Shown here in pieces: positions 9,706 through 20,501 of a stretch of DNA of 29,298 nt. Below the pieces are notes generated by a model that was not told the DNA's origin, did no database searches, and saw only the letters and a list, made by a program, of their open reading frames with translations. Position numbers and translations under genes: made by a program. Positions within the stretch are counted from its first letter, which is position 1. Every line of letters begins with the position of its first letter. Source of the stretch: Candidatus Moanibacter sp. (GTDB taxonomy: Bacteria > Verrucomicrobiota > Verrucomicrobiia > Opitutales > UBA2987); assembly GCA_965215885.1 (NCBI GenBank), contig CBDCEW010000070.1, positions 1 to 29,298 on the forward strand, in the 5' to 3' direction.

Positions 9706-11005
9706 ATCAGCCTATTTCTGTATCACGGCGCTTAACCAGGCCGGCCGGAAGGTAGCGGTTGTCGATGAACGGGAATACGGAGGCACGTGTGCCCTGCGCG
9801 GCTGCCAGCCAAAAAAGTATCTGGTGGCAAATGCCGAGGCAGTGGCCATGGCGAATCACCTGGTCGGCAAAGGAATCGATCAGTCTCCCGGGACCCATTG
9901 GCAAGCGCTCCAGGCGCTGAAGAATGAATTCCTGGACGGGATTCCCGAAGGAGAAGTCGAGGAATTCAACAACGCCGGTATTGCGACCTATTCAGGACGA
10001 GCCACGCTGGTTGGCAGGAATAAAGTTGAGGTCGATGGTCAGCGGATCGAAGCGGAGCATATTGTGCTGGCGACTGGAGCCTCGCCTCGAAAGACAGTGA
10101 TCCCAGGTTCGGAACACACCCATGACAGCGAGTATTTCCTGAACCTCGCCGAGCTGCCCGAGCGCGTCGTGTTCATCGGCGGTGGCTACATCTCTTTCGA
10201 GTTTGCTCATGTGACCGCACAGGCCGGCAGTCGTGCCACGATTCTCCACCGATCGGCCTGTCCGCTGAAGGCGTTTGACGAAGACCTGGTCAATGTAATT
10301 TTGGACGCTTCGAAAGCCAGTGGCATTTCCGTCGTGACCAACGAAGAACCGACGGGCATTAAACAAAATGGATCCGGTTACAGAATATCCGGCAAGACTG
10401 GAGCCGAATACGAAGCGGACGTGATCATTGAAGCTACTGGGCGAGTACCGAATCTCACGGCACTTGAGGGCAATGACGGAGAGGTTGAAAGTTCTCCGAG
10501 AGGTGTTGTTGTCAACGAATACCTGCAGAGCGTCTCCAATGCACACGTTTACGCGATAGGCGATTGCGCGGCGACGCAGTATCAGTTAGCACCGGTAGCC
10601 GACGAGGAAGGCAAAATCGCCGCTCACAATATCCTGCACGGCAATACCAGAACGATGGACTACTCGGTTGTGCCGAGCACGGTGTTCACAATTCCAAGTC
10701 TGGCAACGGTCGGCCTCACCGAGGAGCAGGCCAAAGACCGGGGTTTAAAATTTCGTGTCAACCGTGGCTCTACCATCGACTGGCCCTCTTCGAAACGCAT
10801 TGGTGAAGCGCATTCCGGTTACAAGGTGCTTATCGATGAAGAAGAGGACACGATTTTAGGGGCTCACATCGCGCGTCACAATTCTTCGGAAGTTATCAAC
10901 ATTTTTGGCCTCGCGATGAAGTACGGCATCCGGGCCTCCCAGCTCGGGGAATTCATGTGGGCTTATCCAACTTATACCTCAGACGTGAAATATATGGTGA
11001 AGTAA
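9706..11005 (+). pseudogene. Glutathione-reductase-like flavin disulfide reductase lacking its N-terminal codons
   Basis: Frame open from 9707: SAYFCITALNQAGRKVAVVDEREYGGTCALRGCQPKK, later FIGGGYISFE, ATGRVPN, YAIGD and AYPT. The start codon and FAD-binding GxG strand are replaced by the ISAs1 end (in-frame TGA 9704-9706). The tracked ORF from 9824 lacks the CxxxxC. Confidence 0.85.
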
Positions 11006-11089
11006 AATCAGCGATGGTAGATAAGCTGAAGCATGTGGAATCTACCTTGCTCGGCTCATTCAGCCGTCGGGATATCTCGAAGATTCCGA

Positions 11090-11125
11090 TTGACGCATGT
11101 AAGGCGATCGAGTCTCGTGCGTCAA
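11090..11125. promoter_or_regulatory. Inverted repeat, possible operator or promoter of the membrane-protein gene
   Basis: TTGACGCA-N20-TGCGTCAA about 80 bp upstream of the start. The left arm contains a -35-like TTGACG. Confidence 0.45.
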
Positions 11126-11203
11126 ATAGGGGATGGTGGAATGAACAACGCTAACGCAAAACGTCACCACTAAAGACAAAAAAACCTTAGAAAAGGAGAA
11201 ATT

Positions 11204-11587
11204 GTGATGAAAATTCGATTCGTAACTAAAACGATGCACGCTTTCCTCGACTATCCCGTCGCTCTCAGCCTGATGGCCTTACCCTTCCTGCTGAAGCTTG
11301 GCAGTTCGCATCCGCTCGCAATTTGGCTTGCAGTTGGAACGGGTGTGGCAGCGTTCATTATGACACTTTTCACAGATCACAAGCTCGGTGTGTTCCGTGT
11401 GCTTCCATACTCGGTTCATCTCAAGGTTGATTTTCTCGTAGGCGTCGTGTTCCTGCTCGCGCCGACCATCTTTGGATTTAGCGGTCTGGACGCGTGGTAT
11501 TATTGGGCAAACGGTGCAGCAGTATTCTCCGTTGTTGGATTGCACAAGCCAGAGGCAGTGGCACCCCAAATCGAGGCACCGGCATAA
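11204..11587 (+). CDS. Small four-TM membrane protein (SPW-repeat-like)
   Basis: Strong SD AAGGAG; start at GTG 11204 or ATG 11207. Internal repeat HAFLDYPV..LMALPFLL / HLKVDFLV..FLLAPTIFGF. Hydrophobic. Confidence 0.8.
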   Translation: MMKIRFVTKTMHAFLDYPVALSLMALPFLLKLGSSHPLAIWLAVGTGVAAFIMTLFTDHKLGVFRVLPYSVHLKVDFLVGVVFLLAPTIFGFSGLDAWYYWANGAAVFSVVGLHKPEAVAPQIEAPA

Positions 11588-11848
11588 CCGAAACACCGGT
11601 CCTAAAAGCTCGTACCATTCCAAGCTTCAGAAGGTCGTATTACACGTAGCTGGACGATGGCCTCTAACGGCCTATAATCTCAGTTAGGAATTTAGCCGGA
11701 TCAAACCACTCCACAGGCCAGATCAGCGCAGCTAATTCGGGAAAACTGATGAACGGGTTTCTATCGCCCTGGAAATCGGTGTAAATGATGTGATACTTTG
11801 GTCTCGTAAGACCTGTGCAGATCACACTATAGTCCGGAGCAATCAGCG

Positions 11849-13675
11849 ATGGTAGATAAGCTAAAGCATTTGGAATCTACCAGGCGAAGGCTTTGGTTAG
11901 CTGCCCTGGCAATCGTCGTCTTGATGCCGGCAATCGGGATGGGATTTCGGGGTGTCGAGAGAGCAACGCAAAAGCCAACGGTAGAACAAACTTCTCTACC
12001 ATCACTTTCAGAGAAACCCTCTATCGCCGTTCTTCCCTTTGCCAACAGGAGCTCCGATAAGCAGGACACCAGGTTTTTCTCGGAAGGAATTCATGATGAT
12101 CTGCTCACCGCTCTCGTTAAAATTCGGGATTTAAGAGTGATCTCCCGAACTTCGGTAATGGGGTATCGGAACACTTCGAAGACCATCAGGAAGATCGCTG
12201 GAGAACTGGGAGTGACCACGATTCTGGAGGGTAGCGTTCAGCGAGCGGGAAACCGTGTCCGAATCAATGCGCAACTGGTCGACGCTGGGACGGATATTCA
12301 TCTCTGGGCGGAGTCGTTCGACAGCGAGCTCACCGTTCAGAACATATTTGCTATCCAAAGTGAGATTGCTCAGGAGATCGCCCATGCCCTCAAAGCTGAG
12401 CTTACATCTGAAGACAAGGAATTCATCGAAAAGAGACCAACGGAAAACCTGGAAGCCTTCGATTTTTATCTCCGGGGATGGGAGCATTTCAGGCGCCCAG
12501 GAGATAACACCGAGGATCTTTTGAACGCTCAACGGATGTATGAACGGGCGGTTGAGATCGATCCCGAATTTGCCTTGGCATACGCAAGACTCTCCGAGAC
12601 ACACTCATATCTGCATACTCATTACGACCATAGCGATGAACGGCTGGATAAGGTACGGGAACATGCGGAACGGGCAGTCGAACTGGACCCGGATTTACCG
12701 GAAGGACTTTCCGCCTTGGCCTGGTACTACGTTGATGCCTTACATGACAATGAAAGAGCGTTAGTCGAGATAGCTAAGGCCGAAAGGGTATCCCCGAGAA
12801 ATGTTGAACTGTTGGAGGACAGGGCATGGATACTCGGGATTCAGGGAAAGTGGGAGGAGGCGCTGCCCGCATTTCAAATGGCTGTTGCTCTGGATCCGAG
12901 AAATCCAGCGTTGCTTTGGAATTTTGGAGAAGTGAATCTGTTCCTGCATCGTTACAAAGAGGCGGAGAAATATACAAACAAGGCGCTGGAACTTAACCCG
13001 CATTCATATTCCGCCGGTCTCCAAAAGTCGAGTATCCCCCTCTACCGCAATGGAGACACCGGAACGTTGCGCTCCTTTCTTAAGAGCCGTCCTTTCGAAG
13101 AGGCCGACGTAGGATTCTGGCTCTGGCAATTGGAACTGTGGGATCGTGATTATAGAGCGGCCCTGGAAATTCTCTCACGGATAGAACAAGATTACTGGAT
13201 GTCCAATACCCGCTTCTATCCCAAACCTCTGCTTCAGGGATATGTTCACCACTGCGACGAGGATAAAGACCAGGCAAGAGCTGCTTTTGAATCGGCCCGC
13301 GCTATGCTTGAACCAAGGCTTCCGAAGCAGTCGAAAGATCCGTGGATACATAGCGCACTTGGCCTCACTTACGCTGGACTCGGCCAAAAGGAGGAAGCGA
13401 TCAGGGAGGGACGCCTTGCAGCTGATCTCATGCCGATTTCTAAGAGAGCAATACTGGGCCCGGCATACGTCTGGGAACTGGCAATTATCTACACGCTAAT
13501 CGACGAATTCGATACCGCCATAGATCATTTCGATCTGTGTCTCTCGAAACCGTGGACCAATACAATCGAGATTCTACTCATCGACCCTCGAATCGATCCC
13601 CTCCGTGCTCTTCCCCGTTTTCACGCGCTGGTGGAGAAATATCGAGAGAGGGCTGAGAACGGGTTCCAACATTGA
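11849..13675 (+). CDS. Membrane-anchored TolB-like/FlgO domain plus TPR-repeat protein
   Basis: N-terminal hydrophobic helix; SIAVLPFAN..FFSEGIHDDLL..LRVISRTSV..LEGSVQRAGNRVRINAQL; several TPRs (AVEIDPEFALAYARL, AVALDPRN, ALELNP); C-terminal DPRIDPLR..PRF. Confidence 0.88.
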   Translation: MVDKLKHLESTRRRLWLAALAIVVLMPAIGMGFRGVERATQKPTVEQTSLPSLSEKPSIAVLPFANRSSDKQDTRFFSEGIHDDLLTALVKIRDLRVISRTSVMGYRNTSKTIRKIAGELGVTTILEGSVQRAGNRVRINAQLVDAGTDIHLWAESFDSELTVQNIFAIQSEIAQEIAHALKAELTSEDKEFIEKRPTENLEAFDFYLRGWEHFRRPGDNTEDLLNAQRMYERAVEIDPEFALAYARLSETHSYLHTHYDHSDERLDKVREHAERAVELDPDLPEGLSALAWYYVDALHDNERALVEIAKAERVSPRNVELLEDRAWILGIQGKWEEALPAFQMAVALDPRNPALLWNFGEVNLFLHRYKEAEKYTNKALELNPHSYSAGLQKSSIPLYRNGDTGTLRSFLKSRPFEEADVGFWLWQLELWDRDYRAALEILSRIEQDYWMSNTRFYPKPLLQGYVHHCDEDKDQARAAFESARAMLEPRLPKQSKDPWIHSALGLTYAGLGQKEEAIREGRLAADLMPISKRAILGPAYVWELAIIYTLIDEFDTAIDHFDLCLSKPWTNTIEILLIDPRIDPLRALPRFHALVEKYRERAENGFQH

Positions 13676-13693
13676 AAATAGAGAGGAATATAG

Positions 13694-15049
<1,356 letters not shown>

Positions 15050-15306
15050 GGGGTCTGAATTGGCCTGACCAAGTTCCCTCCAAACTCCATTCTAAGCTTC
15101 GTCGTCAACTTTGTCGACATGCTACCCGATTCACGTAAAGAGAGGTACCCGCTAAAGACGCGAAAAAACGCGAAAGCGGGTGAAAGGAAGAGATGTAGCA
15201 GCGAATGAATGGAGGGCAACGAATACGGAGAGGGAAGAGGAGGAAACGGGGAATGGGAGAGAGGTTTTCGGTGATGGGATTTGGGTTATGGGATGTAGCC
15301 GGAGCG

Positions 15307-16503
15307 CTAGTAGAGAAATCCAAGTGATGAGAGCGGTCTGCTCGACTCCAATGTCCCCGGATGGGGCTGAAAGATCACCTTTCGAAAGGAACCTGAAATC
15401 CCTTTGAACTGATCTGCTCCTTTACCGGCGCCCCCGACTTCAATCACGATCTTCTCTTTCAATCCATCCAGGAGAAAATCTGGACATTTTTTCCCCAATT
15501 TATTTTTGAGGTAGTACACTGTTTGGCCTGAAAGGTGAAGCATCTCAGCAACGAAGTCTTCTCGTAGTCCTCCGATTGCTTGATCGTAATCCTGGTAGAG
15601 AAGCCGATAGGGCGGAATCATCAGTACCTTTGGTTCTTTCAAAACGTTTGTGCCGCGAGCTCCTAGCTGTTTTACGATGAACGAGCGTTCGAGCAGATCG
15701 AGATACTGAACTGCTTTGTACTTGGTCACACCCACGTTTCTTGAAATTGAAGAGGGATTTATTCCATCCACTGCCGACTTTCCGATAAACTCGAGGACAC
15801 GCTTGATCGTATCAATTTCGCTTGTCCTGAGATCCTGAACGGATGGAATATCCTTCTCAATGACCTTGGCGACAATGTTTCGGAGCAGGGGCAGATAATC
15901 CTCTTCTTGGAGAGCGAAAGGAAGTAGCTTTCCTTTTAGGTACTCCTCAAAGAGATATTCGAATTGAAGGTATCTCCCCCCAATTTTATCAGCCAATATG
16001 TCCGAGAGAGAAAGTACATCGAACGCTTCTCCTTCCTTAAAGAGCAAGTATTCCTTGAATGAAAGGACGGAAAGAGGAAGAAGCCTGACTCTCCTTGAAA
16101 GATCGTAGGTTGACTCCTGCATGAGAAGTGCAACGGAACTCGTGAATACTACTCGTAAACTCAAAAAGTCATAGATCTTCTTAAGGGCACCGTAGACGTC
16201 TTCACAGTAATGCGCTTCATCAATTAGCAAAAGGTTGATTCTGTAGGTCGTAGCGAGTTTCTCCGCCAGTTCAAAGAGGTCGAATCTTGGTACCGAATCC
16301 AGAGAGACATAAAATGCATGGTGTTTTTCCGCGGCCAATTGCTTGAGCAACACTGATTTCCCGCTGCCACGAGCACCGACAATGCCAAGGAAGGCCTTTC
16401 CCGAATGACTCTCGAGGATGTCGTAAAGCCATCGTTTGTGTTGATAGCTCGCCCCTTCTTGCCGAGCCAGCTGGTTCAGCTTTTGTAGCTCGTTTAGATC
16501 CAT
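15307..16503 (-). CDS. AAA+ ATPase, AAA_14/DUF4143 family (ATPase-wHTH-nuclease-like)
   Basis: Walker A GARGSGKS, Walker B LLLIDEAH, FTSS, wHTH-like SSISRNVGVTKYKAVQYLDLLERS, C-terminal PDF..IEVG. Visibly more AT-rich than its neighbours. Confidence 0.88.
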   Translation of the reverse strand: MDLNELQKLNQLARQEGASYQHKRWLYDILESHSGKAFLGIVGARGSGKSVLLKQLAAEKHHAFYVSLDSVPRFDLFELAEKLATTYRINLLLIDEAHYCEDVYGALKKIYDFLSLRVVFTSSVALLMQESTYDLSRRVRLLPLSVLSFKEYLLFKEGEAFDVLSLSDILADKIGGRYLQFEYLFEEYLKGKLLPFALQEEDYLPLLRNIVAKVIEKDIPSVQDLRTSEIDTIKRVLEFIGKSAVDGINPSSISRNVGVTKYKAVQYLDLLERSFIVKQLGARGTNVLKEPKVLMIPPYRLLYQDYDQAIGGLREDFVAEMLHLSGQTVYYLKNKLGKKCPDFLLDGLKEKIVIEVGGAGKGADQFKGISGSFRKVIFQPHPGTLESSRPLSSLGFLY

Positions 16504-16523
16504 TTTCGTATCTTGGCTAATGG

Positions 16524-16552
16524 TTGACCAAAATACAAGAGATTTTGGTCAA
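16524..16552. promoter_or_regulatory. Perfect 11-bp inverted repeat (putative operator) overlapping the ATPase promoter
   Basis: TTGACCAAAAT-acaagag-ATTTTGGTCAA. The minus strand reads TTGTAT-17 bp-CAAGAT-6 nt-ATG. Confidence 0.65.
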
Positions 16553-16872
16553 TCGTTGCCCAGGATCGGATCTTTGTCGTAATTATTGTCGAAACATCGT
16601 TAGCCAGTCTGCAAGTAATCCCAGTCCAAAGATCATACAGTTGGTCATGGGTGCCCACAGAGGACTGCCAGAAGAAGCGCAATTGCTATGATTGGTATGT
16701 GAATGAATTCTCGTTGTGGGTAACGACCCCAAAAGGTGAAGGGCGGCTGAGAACGGGATTGGAAAAAGGAAGCAGAAAGTCCGAATTATCTTTGAAAAGT
16801 TCGAAGTTGTGAGTGATTTTTTGATGCGCCGAAGTTTACGACAGGGCTTACGACGAAAGTTTGGGAGGAACA

Positions 16873-19275
16873 ATGAAGAGGTTATCGGATCAATTCAGCT
16901 TCAACAATGCAGGGAGAATTCTTGCGCTGTTCAGTTTCTTCACTCCTTTCTTTTGCCATAGTGAGAGTGGATCTGAAAAGCGCGAAGTAACGATCGGAGT
17001 TGTGAAAGATGGAGACTCCTGGTTCTTCGACGCGCTGGGTGGCGCAGTGGAGTCAGAATTGCGCGTATTGACGGAGGACAAATATCGGATCGAGTTCAAA
17101 CGAGAACCCTCTTTCAACGCCAATTGGGATTCTGCACGAATCGAAGAAGTGCTCCGGAATGCCCTCCGGGACCCCGAGGTGGATCTTGTTCTCGCTCAAG
17201 GTGTGTTGGTAATGCGGGCGGCCAGTGAAATGGATTTTGAACTTTCTAAACCCGTGTCGGGCGCTCATCTCCAGGATCCGGATGTGGTCGGGGTTCTCCT
17301 TGGTCCGGACGGGCGGACGACTAAGAGAAACCTCAATCTGGTGGTCTCGAACAACACGATCATTAATGACATCCGGGCGTTTAAGACACTGGTCGATTTC
17401 GACAGGCTCCACGTCCTCGCAAGTCTTCACTATATTTCTCCCAGCACTGGTCTTGAAAGCTACATCGGTCGAGTTGAAGAGGAGTTGGGTATTGAAGTCG
17501 TCTTGATTCCGATGAGTGAGGATGCGGAAGACACCCTCGACCACCTGCCTTTCCAGGTTGAGGCGATATACGGATTTCCGCCGGTCCGGATGAACGCTGA
17601 GGAGCGTGAGAAACTGATCAACGGTCTTATCGGGCGTGGAATTCCTTCCTTCGCCTATTTCGGAGAGCCGGGGGTTGAAGCGGGCATCCTGGCTGGGCTC
17701 TTGCCGGACGTGCGGCAACAGCTGGCGCGACGGGTTGCGCTGAATATTCAGCAGATCATTGTGGGCGCCTCACCAAACGAGCTGCCCGCTATGCTCCCGG
17801 TCGAAGAGCGGCTCTACTTCAACGCCAGGACGGCCAGTTTGATGGGATTTGATCCACCTTTTGAGGCGATACGCGATGCCATAATATTGAATGCAGAATA
17901 TCTGGAAGGGGGAGACTCCCTCAATATGCAGACGGCGGTTGATCAGGCGCTGGAGACGAATTTTGACTACCTCATCCAACAGCAGAATACGGTGGTTGCT
18001 CGAGAAGGGAAAAGGATCGCTTTGGGGCCGCTTCTTCCACAAGTGGTTACCAGCTATGCCCATGTCGGAATTGATAAGGACCGCGCCGGGGCGTCGGGAG
18101 GGAATCTTGCCCAGCGCAAGGACCTCGGAGGCGTATCCTTGCAACAATTGATTTTCAGTGATGCTGCGATCAGCAATTTACGGGTCTTTAGAGAGCTTTA
18201 CAAGGGCTCTACCTTTCAGGAGGAGGCCGTAAGGTTGAATATCGTCGAAGCAGTGTCAGTTGGGTATATTCGTTATCTTTCCGCCAAAACTGCCCTTCGA
18301 ATCGCACGCGATAATCTGAAAATCACCCAGAGCAATCTCGAACTGGCACGCCTACGTCAGAGAGTTGGAACATCCGGACCTGAAGACGTCTTCCGCTTTG
18401 AGGCGCAGGAGGCCGGAAATCAGATTGAGGTGGCCGCGGGTGGATCGAGAGAGGAGCAGGCTCGGGTGGCCTTGAACCAGTTGCTGGGTGTTGATCTCGA
18501 AAGGAAGTGGCGACCTCTGGATATGGATATGCGCAGCCCGGATTTCGTTTACGCTGTAGATCGGGTTGCTCCGCTTTTGGATTCCTAGGGGAAAATTGAC
18601 ACTTTCCGAGCATTCACGGTCAAATATGCCCTGGAAAATGCCCCCGAACTCCAGGCGATCGAACATTCCCTTCGTGCCCAGGAGATAGTTCTGAAGCAAT
18701 TGCGACGGCAATTTTACCTTCCGACGGTGGCGACCGAATTCAGCTACAGCCGCATCCTGGATCAGGAATTCAATAGTGATTCTCCAGGACTATTTCCACG
18801 AGCGGGGATCGACGAAAACGAGTGGACCTTTACCGTCTCAGCGACGTTACCTCTATTCGAGGGGACCCGGAGATTCCACGAATTGAGGCAGGCCTCCGCA
18901 AACTTTCGACAGCTCCAATACGCACGTGACCAAGTTGCTCAGTCAGTCGAGACGCGTGCGCAGCAGGCGATGTACGCCTTCGATCGCACCTATCCGGCGC
19001 TTACTTTCTCGGCGCGCGCCGCTGATCGGTCTGAGAAGAATCTGCGTGTGATAACCGACAAATATGAACAGGGAGCAGTGAACATTATTGATCTTCTCGA
19101 CGCCCAGAACGAATCGTTCGTGCAGCGTCAGAACGCCGCCTTAGCTGTCTATGACCTGCTGGAGGATTTCGTGCAGTACTTTCGCGCGATTTCCTGGTTC
19201 GAGTTTCGAAAGAATACCAGCGAGCGCGCCGCGTGGGTGAGGGAGACGGAAGGGTTTCTTAGAGGGGAGCAGTAA
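16873..19275 (+). pseudogene. TolC-family outer-membrane efflux protein with N-terminal periplasmic-binding-like domain; in-frame TAG at 18586-18588
   Basis: SD GGAGG, ATG 16873, signal peptide. OEP motifs AVDQALETN..LLPQV, then after the TAG in the same frame ALENAPEL..YLPTV..LPLFEG..YEQGAVNIIDLLDAQ. ORFs 16861..18588 and 18700..19275 share a frame with no other stop between them. Confidence 0.87.
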
Positions 19276-19338
19276 CCAGTGTTCAGTGAACGGTGTTTAG
19301 TGGCCAGCGAGAAGTAGGTAGTATTTGTATTCAGTGTA
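19270..19338 (+). repeat. Degenerate 7-mer tandem repeats (CAGTNNN)
   Basis: cagtaac cagtgtt cagtgaa cggtgtt tagtggc cagcgag aagtagg tagtatt ... cagtgta, directly upstream of the four-helix-bundle gene. Confidence 0.7.
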
Positions 19339-19371
19339 CGATAGTTAGAAAAGAGTTGGTGAGTCAGTAAA

Positions 19372-19677
19372 ATGAAGAATAAATCAGGTTCATTGGTTTA
19401 TGCACGAAGTTTTCGGGAATTGATCGTGTATCAGAAGTCAAAGGCGGTAGGGAAGGAGATTTTTGAAATCAGTAAATCGTTTCCCAAAGAAAAGATGCTC
19501 TCATTGACTGATCAAGTTAGGAAATCCTCCCGATCGATAGGTGCACAGATTGCCGAAGCATGGTGCAAGCGACTTTATGAAAGACACTTTATCAGCAAAC
19601 TGACCGACGCGGATTCCGAACAGCTGGAAACTCAACACTGGACTCAGCAACTCTGTAACCTTTATACGCTTCGATAA
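19372..19677 (+). pseudogene. Four-helix-bundle protein (23S rRNA IVP family), C-terminally truncated
   Basis: SFRELIVYQKS..FPKEK..SLTDQVRKSSRSIGAQIAEAW..FISKLTDADSEQLETQHW. Similarity ends after ETQHW, so the last helix is missing. Confidence 0.82.
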
Positions 19678-19679
19678 GA

Positions 19680-20501
19680 ATGAACAGAAAGCACCTAATA
19701 ACAGCTGTGTGTATCGCGCTAGTCGGCTGTGGAGAGGAGCCACCGCCGAGGGAGGTGGTGAGACCGGTCGTAACGACGGTTGTGGAGGAACCTCCGACAG
19801 TCATTGAGCGATCATTTTCCGGTGTGGCTCAGGGTGTTATCGATACCAACTTGAGCTTTAGGGTGGGTGGGGAAATTACTGAGTTGCCGGCACGGCTCGG
19901 CCTCCGTGTGAAGGCAGGTGAAGTGATCGCCGTACTCGACCCAACTGACTATAAGCTGAAAGTGGAACAGGCGCGAGCGACTCTCGCCCAGGTACGGGCG
20001 CAATTTGTACAGGCCGATGCCGATTTTACCCGAAGCAGGGCGTTATATGAGAATGGAAACATAAGCAAGAGCGCCCTCGATGCGAGCCAGGCTGGTTTTG
20101 ATTCGGCCAAAGCCCAGATGGAGGCCACCGAGAAGCAACTCGAGCAGGCGCAGCAGCAGTTGAAATACACGATACTGAGCGCTCCCCAGGAGGGTGCAAT
20201 CGGAGAGGTGCCGGTCGAAATAAATCAGGTCGTACAGAGTGGCCAGGTGATTGCTTCGCTGGTCTCCGAGAAGCAGATCGAGATGGAGGTAGGAATACCC
20301 GAAGCCTTGATCACGAAAATTCGGATTGACGACAATGCCTTTCTAACGTTTGACGCCATTCCAAGCGGGCGATTTCCGGCAGTGGTGGCAAAAGTGGGAG
20401 TCGAGGTGACAGGTGCGTCCACCTACGCGGTGAAGCTTTCAATGTTGGAGAGAGACTCACGGGTGAGGCCTGGCATGGTGGGCGAAGCGACTGTAATTTT
20501 A
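19680..20501 (+). pseudogene. RND efflux periplasmic adaptor (membrane fusion protein), 3'-truncated by ISL3
   Basis: Lipobox LVGC, RPV, LSFRVGG, coiled-coil hairpin, LSAPQEG, VRPGM. It reads into the IS end at 20502 and stops at 20564; the C-terminal domain is absent. Confidence 0.88.

Larger units (their letters stand above)
11006..11881 (+). repeat. 41-bp direct repeat pair
   Basis: AATCAGCGATGGTAGATAAGCT(G/A)AAGCAT(G/T)TGGAATCTACC at 11006-11046 and 11841-11881, 2 mismatches. Both copies encode MVDKLKH(V/L)EST. Confidence 0.92.

Noticed and set aside
2691..11005. Mercuric reductase (merA) call for either reductase
   Set aside because: Neither has the vicinal C-terminal Cys-Cys or an NmerA domain, and there are no mer genes nearby.
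11582..11690. Integron attC site after the small membrane gene (GCATAAC...GTTAGGA)
   Set aside because: The core sites are complementary only at AAC/GTT, there is no convincing internal L-box stem, and no integrase is present.
18586..18588. Genome-wide TAG reassignment
   Set aside because: tnpB, the AAA ATPase and phoD end at TAG at plausible natural C-termini, and no other gene here has an internal TAG.
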